Shown here: one piece after another, positions 16,201 through 33,250 of the stretch
Layout: each line of letters opens with the position of its first letter
How positions within the stretch are numbered: position 1 is the first letter of the stretch
DNA from: Paraspadella gotoi
Taxonomy: Eukaryota; Animalia; Chaetognatha
Direction of reading: 5' to 3'
Assembly (NCBI GenBank): GCA_051294375.1
Contig: CM119263.1
Coordinates: 13,085,923-13,149,922 of the forward strand
DNA length: 64,000 nucleotides
The notes under the pieces: generated by a model
Databases searched by the model: none
The model's input: the letters and a program-made list of their open reading frames with translations, nothing else
What the model was told of the DNA's origin: nothing
Position numbers and translations under genes: made by a program

Positions 16201-16526
16201 CCCAGGTACTCATCACTTTTTATACTATAATTCATATATAGTAATTGATATATTTTTTGTAATTATTAACTTTTTTATATAATCTTTTTTTTTCAGCGAA
16301 ACCCAAGAACAAGCGCAAGTCTTCCAATCCTTCTAACGTCAAACAGATGGCGTCGCGATATTATTTGCGAACTAAAGAAGAATTAGAAGAGGAACAAAAG
16401 GCGATCGCTGATGGCGCCAATGCTTTGTTGTCTTTGGCGGGAATTAACAACAATAGTTTGACTGAAGAAATCCCATTAAAAGTTAAGCAGGAGTCGTGTG
16501 ATGAAAAAGTGGAATTCCTCACATAG
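11854..16526 (+). CDS. FoxN2/3: Forkhead box N2/3 transcription factor (~1177 aa)
   Basis: Exons 11854-11906, 11986-12902, 13872-16205, 16297-16526 in consistent phase. Forkhead domain KPPYSFSSLIFMAVE...KRLAVKDIYAWILEHFPFF...APTGWKNSVRHNLSLNKCF...GKGSYW; upstream EELTSLNWL; EDHCYS; terminal GANALLSLAGI, all typical of FOXN2/FOXN3. Start codon inferred. Confidence 0.92.
13120..13710 (-). mobile_element. Penelope-like pLTR fragment in FoxN2/3 intron 2
   Basis: Homologous to 62610-63180 (hammerhead, (GA)n, gagggatag..taagt, gagctggccccc, ATGCAAAT octamer); boundaries approximate. Confidence 0.7.
13170..13214 (-). ncRNA. Variant hammerhead ribozyme in a FoxN2/3 intron (antisense to the gene)
   Basis: Minus strand: AAACG CCGATG T A GGCTT gtatcaa AAGCC GAAAC AT GTC CGTTT. 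Perfect 5-bp stem I; stem II covaries relative to the other copies; core U4>C. Confidence 0.65.
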
Positions 16527-17584
16527 ACGACGTATTTTGTTTACTCTCTGATAACGTTTTCGTGATCTTTCGTTACCGATGCTTTATCTATATAAGAATA
16601 ATATTGTTTACAATTACGATATTGAGGCTATTGTGCGGAAGTAAAATTTTTCTCTACGTTTACAAATTTTACCCATCTCTTCCACTGATGGTATTATGAA
16701 AATTTATGCTTTGCTACGCATATAAAAATAATAGTAATTCCAGATAATCTTTTCCTTAAATATTTCAAAATTTGATAAAGCTCAGTCGCGGATTGTGAGG
16801 GCGGAGAGGAACCGAAATCTCAAGTAGGTTAACAGCCTTTGTGCAATCATTACTGATAAGATTTTATTCCAGGGATAGATTTTGGTACTGAAATTTGTCA
16901 GTATTATTGTGATGTACAACTTTAATTATGCATCCGTAGATTTAGTATAATTCCGTGTGATGATTGACCTATACTAGATTTCAAGTCTTTTTTTGCATAA
17001 AGTCGTTTACCTCTTTGCTCATAAATTCTTTTTCTTCAAAGTCTATTTTATTAGTTATCATTAAATTAAAATCATGTTTATACGGCTTTTTTTCGTTTTT
17101 GATATAAAAAATTTAGTAAGACTCGTTAGTATTATTATTAGTAATTAAAAAAGTTATAAAAACTTCGATGCGATCAAGATCCTACGTCTTCCGAAAACCT
17201 TTTTTTCAGTCCAACACCGCTTTTTATACTTTTCGTCCCTTCCTATTTATTTATTTATTTTTAAAATTTCATATATTCACTACATTTCGCCTTTTATTTT
17301 TCTCTCTTTCTGGTATTCTTTTTATATATTCTCATTCTTATTACATTCTGTATGAAACTCGTTCTCCTTCTTCCGTTACTTTTTTTAAAATTACGTTTCT
17401 ATATATATTCTTATTATTCTTAATGACATTTTTATCAAAGACCAACCGAACTATTTGTGTCTATTTTCAAACGCTTTGATATTTGGCCTAAATTAGAAAT
17501 TAAACCTGATAAACGTTGGCATCTAAAAATTGCTGAACGTAAAACTAATCTAATTACTTCTGAACATTCCAGTTGTACCCGCAT

Positions 17585-22169
<4,585 letters not shown>

Positions 22170-24048
22170 CGAAGTCTCGAATCTCGATCCTCACTTGACT
22201 TCCTTTTTACTTCGTTGTTATCAAGAAGAAATAAAACTGTTTCCAATCGCGACCGCATTTTTGATTCTTGAAGTTGAAACTTTTAAAAGAAATTGTCTAA
22301 ACACTAAACTTCGACTTTAACAATCGCCAATCGCTTAAATAGTATAAAATTGATAGTACTGGTAAAAAATTATTAATACCACCTGATTAAATAATTTTTC
22401 CACAATTTTTTATTATTTTTTTTTAGACATTATGTGTAAATCTTTTTTTTTTGTTGTGTTTGTAAATTATAGGAACAGTTTAAATGTATTTGCAACAACA
22501 ATTAGTCTTGTCTATTAATAAAAACTATATTGAACTATATATAACTATATTGGTTCCATTCTTTGCATTATCGTGGGATGTTTTTTTTCTCCGACTTTTA
22601 AAGGAATTCGTCTGACGTACCCGTTATTATTATTTTTCTTGGTTGATTTTTTTTTATTTGCTCACGTTTCCTTCCCTTATTGACCGCGATGCCCTCGTCT
22701 TATTATTTTTCGCTGCAAAATATACGGCTTCTCTCTGAGTTCGTTAACAGTTCTCAGCTTTGATATTAGCTTCTCCAGCTACCCACCCCTAAAATATCAA
22801 TTTCTGAATGACCATTTCCGCTCCTCAAATCACGCTGCTTCCCTAAATCACGCTACCAACTGTCAAAAATCAAATTTGACCTTTCTTGCCCATTTCAAGA
22901 ATCCCCTTTGTCTGAGTCGTCAGCATAAAAACGTGTTTTCCTATTCCATTTCTCCCATTCCACAAACCGCTTCAGTTCTGCTCTGCTTCAAGCTTTATCT
23001 CTCGCGCACCCCGAAGTCCGAGCAGAAATCCACCTCGCTCCGTCGACCCAACCGATGACCCGCCCCTCCTCCCCCCCTTTCCTCCGGGATCGGGCGTCGT
23101 TGTCGACTCTCTTCTTCTTCTTCCTCTTTCTCTTCCATTTCCTCTTCTTCCTCCTCCTCATCCTCCTCCTCCGACGATTTGGCTTTAGATCAGCGCCAAT
23201 ATAAAGCAAATGGACTTTCCTTGTCTACATCTTCGCAGACTCCGTCAACCGAGCGCTTCCGGAAGAAGAAGAAGAAGAAAAAGAAGATGATGGAGCTGAA
23301 CAGGATTGAGAAGAAAGAAAACAAAGAAGAAAAACGAACGCGCGCGCAAAAAAAAAAAAAAAAATTATAATAAAAAACTCGGAAGTCTACACTACAGATG
23401 AAAATTTTTCTATGTTTCGTCCGTCACTAAACAAGAAAAAAAATATTAAAAAATGGAGATGATACTTTCAGGGTTTGTATTTTTAAAGTGCAAAACAAAA
23501 TAGATTATAAGCTTCATATGTTTAAAATAAAATATTTAATTTTTGTAACTATTTACATATAAAAATATCGAACGTCACTATGCAACGCTTCAACAAAACG
23601 GTCAGCTTCGACGTCGCTGGTTTCTCCTGTTGCTGGAGTTTCGACTTATTTTTCGTCTAGCACCATTTGAAATCAGTGCCGTCGCTGTCCAACTGCATCA
23701 GCCCAGCCACGGTTCTGCCCAGTCGCAGGCTTTCTATCGTTGGAAAGTTTATTTTTCCTGAAAAAAATTCATAATAATAAACGAACGGTTGGCTTAAATT
23801 AATGAACTGAATTTAACAAAGTATTATTCAAAATGACGCAAAAATCGTGGTTTGAAACTTGGGTTGACACGCCTTATTACGAATCCATAATCATATTTAA
23901 CGCGTTATGAGCTCCATCTTTTTTAAGATGCTCCTCAGAGAAAAAAGAGGAGAGAGCCAGTTGCATAATTAAGTGATGGGTCTTCGCCACCCCTTGTCAG
24001 ATCCTTATGATTAGTGAGGGGTTTTTCGAAAATGAAAAATGTAAGAGA

Positions 24049-24117
<69 letters not shown>

Positions 24118-24248
24118 GTCGGGAGTGGCTTTTTTTCTCAGGGTTTCCGCACTCTCGCGCCGGGATTTCACTAGCTCAGCTCTTTCCCCCGTCGACGAAT
24201 GCTGCCGCTTTTATCCCGCGTTTTTATGGGAGAAAATCACGCGCGAGC

Positions 24249-24303
<55 letters not shown>

Positions 24304-24317
<14 letters not shown>

Positions 24318-25463
24318 GTGAGAGAGAGATAGAGAAAGAGAGCAATTTGGCTGAAAAAATAAAGATAATGCAAACGTCAAATATGGTATTAGAAAATTTC
24401 GTTCCATGAAGATTGATGGACTTTTAATTTGAGAGCTGAGAAGGCGAATATGGCGCCGAAGAGCGAGGGATGATGACTGCAACGTTATTAAAAAAATAGA
24501 AGCGTCAACCCTCGTTTACTTCCTTTTTTTTTATCTTGCGTTTTTCTTTTTTGAGCTTGAATTTTTCTTTTTTTTCTTTCTAATCTTAAATTTTTTCTTC
24601 TTCTATCATCAAAGGAATTTGAATGGTGATAGTCATTAATTTTTCTTTGCACGGGAAAAGTGGCGAAAAAATTCCTATCTCTTATTGTAGCGGAAACAAA
24701 AATTTAATAATTATGTAAAAAAAATTTAGTTGACCCTACCTAAATATTTATATAATCCATTATTTTATTTTTGCATTAGAAAGTATTTTTTACTAAATTT
24801 CAAATTTTTATTTTTTACTGTACAAAGCTACAATTTAGGTTTAAGCCTCATTGAACAAAGGCTTTACAAGATTAATATTTTTTTATTTTTATATTTACTT
24901 AAAAGCAGAAAAATCAAACCTAAATTCTATTCTTACAGAAACAAAACTGTAATAACTATTAATTAATATTCATAGTTATCCCTTAAATATATTATTAAAC
25001 TATATTGATTCCTAATTTTAACAATTAAAAATTTAGTAAAAGTACAGAATCTTTCTTTTTTTTTTATATTTATATTACTTCAAAGAGTTTTATTTTTATC
25101 CAATTAACAGAATCATTTGAAAAGAAAGTTTAAATAAAATCAGTCGATACCTTAAATTTTGATTCTTTCCTAGTTTTTTTTTTATAAATTTTTGTGATAA
25201 AAGCTGAAAATCTTTTTAAAATTAGATCTTACCCTTTTTTGGAAAAAAAAAATTAAAAACTTGAAAAAGATTTTTTTCTTACCGATTTTTTAAAGAAAAT
25301 TAAGCGAGCTGATTATATCGAATTTTTTAACTACTTTCCCAAATGATTATAGAAGAAAAAGTTATATGGTCAGAACCAGCTTAAGTTAAAGGGTCAAACG
25401 TTATGCTTTCAGCTTTTTACCCCCCCTGGTCACTTGGTCCCCTTAATTTCGTTTCTTCGTTCT

Positions 25464-25532
<69 letters not shown>

Positions 25533-26863
25533 TTAGGTTCCTTATTTGAAAGTTGATTATATTAAATTAAATGTTTAATGACGTTGTGCATAATTTATAC
25601 TGTATGAATTGGATGAACTGTACTTAAATTTTACCCATTGCCCTTTCTCCTCTCGTTTTCCACCTCGTCGTCCACCTCGCCGTCCACCTCGCCCTCTCGA
25701 CGGATGCGATCTCCATGCGTTTCGACGCCCGTCGATGCGTTGCACCGGATGGCCAGGAGAGCGTTAAATGGATTGGCGCCACTGTTTTGACCCCTTTATT
25801 GAAATCAATGATAAGTCAAGCTAAAAAATCATTCATAACTCTTTTAGGTCGTTTAGCAACACAGCTCCATCGGACAAAATTGAGAAAAAGTACACTAACG
25901 AAAATTAGGAAAATATCATTTAATGTGGAAATGTTATCGAAGAGTTACAAATGCGTTTTTGATTTAGTCATGCCCTGGTTAAATATCTTTATAAGCACCG
26001 TTTCCCTTAAAAAACAGCAAAACTTGTCGCTTGTTAAGTTCGTTGCCTCACGAAAGAATCTCCCCGAGGTAAGAGTCCCACTGCGCGCAGTTGTTTGTAG
26101 TAAGAAGCAGGGGCATCAGTGTAGAGGGGTAGACACCCTGAACAAAACCGAGGGGTCCGGGAAAAGCTCAAAAGCCTTAAAAATATATAAAACTTACCCA
26201 ATCCTTTCTTGAGAAGTTGTTAAGTTTTAAATTGTAAGAAGATGGTATGAGCTTGACTTTCAAGGAGGCCTGGGGCCTGCAAAAAAAAAGTTCAGGGGCC
26301 CGCCATTTCTCTACACGCCACGTTCGCCACTGGTGAGAAGATACGGTTCAATAGAAAGCATGAAAAATTTATTATTTACTTTAATCTCAAAATGTAAAAT
26401 TAAATATCTTTACTAAATACAATGTCTAATATAGGTATAGGTATGATTTTCACCTTCATTATTTTGATTGTTTAAAGATCCTTACTAAATACAATGTACA
26501 ATGTTTAAAGATTTGTTCTAAATACAATGTCTACTAGTATGTATACGACTATACGTATGATTTTCCCCTCCATTCTTGTGATTGTTCTACAGTAATATCA
26601 ATTTCCTTGGTCTTAAAAAGTGATTTTTCATTGCGGCCCACGAATGTGTTTTTTCTTGGTCCATCAATTCAACTATTCAAAAGTTAACGGAAACATTTCC
26701 AACATTCTAAACCAAATCAGTCGGCGCCTCTTCCTTGGCCTTTACCCCCCTCACCCTTCGTTTCAACCATCGACCCCTCAATACAGATTCGGCCTAGTTG
26801 ACGTCCTGGGAGACGAAACGTCGCTGACCGGAAGTGGCGAGGGAATTCAAAAGGACGCAAGGG

Positions 26864-26915
<52 letters not shown>

Positions 26916-29728
26916 GAGAGAGAGATAAAGGAGAGAGACTGACTTTGAATACCACAACTGATATTCGAATCCGGAGAAGAGGATTTTTTATCCCGCGACT
27001 TAAAAGGTCACGTGGGCAAAAGGGTGGAAGTGCCCCGTGGCTACGTGGGATTGGAAAGCGGTGGAGGGATGCGATGATGATCTCAATTGAGAAGTGACAT
27101 CGGAGTTCATAAGGAAACGGGATTCGGAGGTGATGACAGATGAAGTGTGTTAGTTGTTGATAGTTGTACATATTGTTATCGTATATATTCAGTTAACGTA
27201 TATATTAAGTGAACTGTCTATAATCTACTAAATTTTTTTTTTAATTATTAAGAACCAAAGTTGGAACGGCCGAAAAAAAAAATTCCGAAGTTGCGTCATC
27301 GTCTCGAGTTAGAAATTTCGTCAGTTCTTTGCTTTTGTTGTAGAATATCATTTTTTGTTTTTTCTTTTAATTGGGGGGATGCTCTTTGAGTAGGGAATGG
27401 TGAAAATTCATGTCATATACATCGGATAAGTTTCTGCCTGAAAATTTTTTTTTTTTGAAAGGGAAAGGTTTCGCATGTGATTTAAGATAGTAAAAGTATC
27501 ATTAGCAATAACTACGTACAAATGAAATTTTATTGACTACAATTGTTTGTATTTTTTCTCTTTTCTTTTTTATTCTATGCGACCAAGTTCTCAAAAAGAA
27601 GAATCAAGCGCCAAGACAAAGATTTTGAAAGAGCGCTAACTCGCTCTTCCTCGCGACCAAGCCAGCTGACAAGCAGCGTCCTTATCGCGTGCAGACGCTC
27701 CGCTGAATCATCCTCACAGATCCAGAGGCTCGACTCTCTCTGCCCGAAGGGTCCGAGAGCCGAGTAATCGAGCTTTCCCCTCTCTCTGTCTCACTCTCTC
27801 TCCACTGAAAATATACGAGGTTATCAGCGAAATTTCGAACTGCCAAGTTGAGCCTTGATTCGTTCGGATTATTTCTGACGACCAATAACGAACAACTTCA
27901 AAAAAAAAGGTTGAAAAGAAAGTTCCCTCAATAATAGAAAATCAAAAAATAAAAAATCTAATTCATCCTTGTTAACGGAACTTTTTTGGTGAGTTGGTTG
28001 CCACTTAAAAAAAATTACTTGTTGAAAGTCGATGTTTCCTCTAATTTGTTTTTCGGTTAAATCTTGCCTTATACGGTATAGAAAATTAGGGTCTGAAAAA
28101 AAATGTATATTTAAGAAACCAAGGACTTCCATTGCTTATGGATTAAAACATACCATTTTGAATTTTATTCAGATAATATAACAATATTAATATAATTAAT
28201 ATAATTAATAACCTTAAAATTTATTTTAATCAAGCTTTGAAATGTTTGTTTTTTTTGCCTTTTTTCATATTCAACATCAGCAATATGAACCAAAGAGTGG
28301 AGTGATAAAAAGATTGAGCGATTGAACATTATTTTTTTTTGCTACCTATGGATATGTAATTGATAAATTTTAAATCCTTTAAAAATTTTTTTAAGCATAA
28401 CAGTATAGTAAATTCAATTATTTATGTAGTAATATCCAAATAAAGTCATAAAATTTCAATATCATTTTTTCTATTTTAATCAACAGATTTGGATTCGCCA
28501 TAAAAATTAAAAAACTTTTATAAAATATGTTATATAATATTTTTAATGNNNNNNNNNNNNNNNNNNNNNNNNNAGAGAGAGAGAGAGTGTGAGAGAGAGA
28601 GAGAGAAAGAGAGCAATTTGGCTGAAAAATAAAGATAATGCAAACGTCAAATATGGTATTAGAAAATTTCGTTCCATGAAGATTGATGGACTTTTAATTT
28701 GAGAGCTGAGAAGGCGAAATATGGCGCCGAAGAGCGAGGGGATGATGACTGCAACGTTATTAAAAAAATAGAAGCGTCAACCCTCGTTTACTTCCTTTTT
28801 TTTTATCTTGCGTTTTTCTTTTTTGAGCTTGAATTTTCTTTTTTTTCTTTCTAATCTTAAATTTTTTCTTCTTCTATCATCAAAGGAATTTGAATGGTGA
28901 TAGTCATTAATTTTTCTTTGCACGGGAAAGTGGCGAAAAAATTCCTATCTCTTATTGTAGCGGAAACAAAAATTTAATAATTATGAAAAAAAATTTAGTT
29001 GACCCTACCTAAATATTTATATAATCCATTATTTTATTTTTGCATTAGAAAGTATTTTTTACTAAATTTCAAATTTTTATTTTTTACTGTACAAAGCTAC
29101 AATTTAGGTTTAAGCCTCATTGAACAAAGGCTTTACAAGATTAATATTTTTTTATTTTTATATTTACTTAAAAGCAGAAAAATCAAACCTAAATTCTATT
29201 CTTACAGAAACAAAACTGTAATAACTATTAATTAATATTCATAGTTATCCCTTAAATATATTATTAAACTATATTGATTCCTAATTTTAACAATTAAAAT
29301 TTAGTAAAAGTACAGAATCTTTCTTTTTTTTTTATATTTATATTACTTCAAAGAGTTTTATTTTTATCCAATTAACAGAATCATTTGAAAAGAAAGTTTA
29401 AATAAAATCAGTCGATACCTTAAATTTTGATTCTTTCCTAGTTTTTTTTTATAAATTTTTGTGATAAAAGCTGAAAATCTTTTTAAAATTAGATCTTACC
29501 CTTTTTGGAAAAAAAAAATTAAAAACTTGAAAAAGATTTTTTCTTACCGATTTTTTAAAGAAAATTAAGCGAGCTGATTATATCGAATTTTTTAACTACT
29601 TTCCCAAATGATTATAGAAGAAAAAGTTATATGGTCAGAACCAGCTTAAGTTAAAGGGTCAAACGTTATGCTTTCAGCTTTTTACCCCCCCTGGTCACTT
29701 GGTCCCCTTAATTTCGTTTCTTCGTTCT

Positions 29729-29783
<55 letters not shown>

Positions 29784-31111
29784 TTAGGTTCCTTATTTGA
29801 AAGTTGATTATATTAAATTAAATGTTTAATGACGTTGTGCATAATTTATACTGTATGAATTGGATGAACTGTACTTAAATTTTACCCATTGCCCTTTCTC
29901 CTCTCGTTTTCCACCTCGTCGTCCACCTCGCCGTCCACCTCGCCCTCTCGGACGGATGCGATCTCCATGCGTTTCGACGCCCGTCGATGCGTTGCACCGG
30001 ATGGCCAGGAGAGCGTTAAATGGATTGGCGCCACTGTTTTGACCCCTTTATTGAAATCAATGATAAGTCAAGCTAAAAAATCATTCATAACTCTTTTAGG
30101 TCGTTTAGCAACACAGCTCCATCGGACAAAATTGGAAAAAGTACACTAACGAAAATTAGGAAAATATCATAATGTGGAAATGTTATCGAAGAGTTACAAA
30201 TGCGTTTTTGATTTAGTCATGCCCTGGTTAAATATCTTTATAAGCACCGTTTCCCTTAAAAAACAGCAAAACTTGTCGCTTGTTAAGTTCGTTGCCTCAC
30301 GAAAGAATCTCCCCGAGGTAAGAGTCCCACTGCGCGCAGTTGTTTGTAGTAAGAAGCAGGGGCATCAGTGTAGAGGGGTAGACACCCTGAACAAAACCGA
30401 GGGGTCCGGGAAAAGCTCAAAAGCTTAAAAATATATAAAACTTACCCAATCCTTTCTTGAGAAGTTGTTAAGTTTTAAATTGTAAGAAGATGGTATGAGC
30501 TTGACTTTCAAGGAGGCCTGGGGCCTGCAAAAAAAAGTTCAGGGGCCCGCCATTTCTCTACACGCCACGTTCGCCACTGGTGAGAAGATACGGTTCAATA
30601 GAAAGCATGAAAAATTTATTATTTACTTTAATCTCAAAATGTAAAATTAAATATCTTTACTAAATACAATGTCTAATATAGGTATAGGTATGATTTTCAC
30701 CTTCATTATTTTGATTGTTTAAAGATCCTTACTAAATACAATGTACAATGTTTAAAGATTTGTTCTAAATACAATGTCTACTAGTATGTATACGACTATA
30801 CGTATGATTTTCCCCTCCATTCTTGTGATTGTTCTACAGTAATATCAATTTCCTTGGTCTAAAAAGTGATTTTTCATTGCGGCCCACCGAATGTGTTTTT
30901 TCTTGGTCCCATCAATTCAACTATTCAAAAGTTAACGGAAACATTTCCAACATTCTAAACCAAATCAGTCGGCGCCTCTTCCTTGGCCTTTACCCCCCTC
31001 ACCCTTCGTTTCAACCATCGACCCCTCAATACAGATTCGGCCTAGTTGACGTCCTGGGAGACGAAACGTCGCTGACCGGAAGTGGCGAGGGAATTCAAAA
31101 GGACGCAAGGG

Positions 31112-31170
<59 letters not shown>

Positions 31171-32784
31171 GACTGACTTTGAATACCACAACTGATATCG
31201 AATCCGGAGAAGAGGATTTTTTATCCCGCGACTTAAAAGGTCACGTGGGCAAAAGGGGTGGAAGTGCCCCCGTGGCTACGTGGGATTGGAAAGCGGTGGA
31301 GGGATGCGATGATGATCTCAATTGAGAAGTGACATCGGAGTTCATAAGGAAACGGGATTCGGAGGTGATGACAGATGAAGTGTGTTAGTTGTTGATAGTT
31401 GTACATATTGTTATCGTATATATTCAGTTAACGTATATATTAAGTGAACTGTCTATAATCTACTAAATTTTTTTTTTTAATTATTAAGAACCAAAGTTGG
31501 AACGGCCGAAAAAAAAAATTCCGAAGTTGCGTCATCGTCTCGAGTTAGAAAATTTCGTCAGTTCTTTGCTTTTGTTGTAGAATATCATTTTTTGTTTTTT
31601 CTTTTAATTGGGGGGATGCTCTTTGAGTAGGGAATGGTGAAAATTCATGTCATATACATCGGATAAGTTTCTGCCTGAAAATTTTTTTTTTTGAAAGGGA
31701 AAGGTTTCGCATGTGATTTAAGATAGTAAAAGTATCATTAGCAATAACTACGTACAAATGAAATTTTATTGACTACAATTGTTTGTATTTTTTCTCTTTT
31801 CTTTTTTTATTCTATGCGACCAAGTTCTCAAAAAGAAGAATCAAGCGCCAAGACAAAGATTTTGAAAGAGCGCTAACTCGCTCTTCCTCGCGACCAAGCC
31901 AGCTGACAAGCAGCGTCCTTATCGCGTGCAGACGCTCCGCTGAATCATCCTCACAGATCCAGAGGCTCGACTCTCTCTGCCCGAAGGGTCCGAGAGCCGA
32001 GTAATCGAGCTTTCCCCTCTCTCTGTCTCACTCTCTCTCCACTGAAAATATACGAGGTTATCAGCGAAATTTCGAACTGCCAAGTTGAGCCTGATTCGTT
32101 CGGATTATTTCTGACGACCAATAACGAACAACTTCAAAAAAAAGGTTGAAAAGAAAGTTCCCTCAATAATAGAAAATCAAAAAATAAAAAATCTAATTCA
32201 TCCTTGTTAACGGAACTTTTTTTGGTGAGTTGGTTGCCACTTAAAAAAAATTACTTGTTGAAAGTCGATGTTTCCTCTAATTTGTTTTTCGGTTAAATCT
32301 TGCCTTATACGGTATAGAAAATTAGGGTCTGAAAAAAAATGTATATTTAAGAAACCAAGGACTTCCATTGCTTATGGATTAAAACATACCATTTTGAATT
32401 TTATTCAGATAATATAACAATATTAATATAATTAATATAATTAATAAACCTTAAAATTTATTTTAATCAAGCTTTGAAATGTTTGTTTTTTTGCCTTTTT
32501 TCATATTCAACATCAGCAATATGAACCAAAGAGTGGAGTGATAAAAAGATTGAGCGATTGAACATTATTTTTTTTGCTACCTATGGATATGTAATTGATA
32601 AATTTTAAATCCTTTAAAAATTTTTTTAAGCATAACAGTATAGTAAATTCAATTATTTATGTAGTAATATCCAAATAAAGTCATAAAATTTCAATATCAT
32701 TTTTTCTATTTTAATCAACAGATTTGGATTCGCCATAAAAAATTAAAAAACTTTTATAAAATATGTTATATAATATTTTTAATG
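24304..32784 (+). repeat. ~4.2 kb near-identical direct duplication across a 25-N gap (probable assembly artefact)
   Basis: 24304-28548 matches 28574-32784, differing mainly by homopolymer and microsatellite indels; both copies abut the N-run at 28549-28573. Confidence 0.9.
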
Positions 32785-33250
32785 TTTAGACCGCAAAAAA
32801 TGACTAAGATGTTTTAACATATATGAGTTTCTACTACAGAGAATAAAAAAGTCCTGAATTTTTACCTTTTTTCCCCCGTTTGAAATGCTGAAGACGATAA
32901 AATTTTTATTAACATGTTTTATATTTTTGATTTAAATTTTTATGAAAAATCTGAATTTTTATTAAATGTTTTTAAAAAAAATTTAAATTTACTATTTTAT
33001 AAGAATATTACTACAAATATAATGTATTTAACTATTCTGTTATAATATTTTTGTATTAATTAATCAAACTTTCTCACATCTAAATATCCTTGTTTGATCA
33101 CTCAAATAATTTTTTTGTTCTTGAGTGCTCCACTCTAATGAACAAGAAACATTTGTACCAATCCTATAAAGATGACTGCTGTATTGTTTCAATTTTTAGT
33201 TGATATTTCATGTTCCTTTACAGGTCTTCTTGCTCTATTTGCCGGATAGT

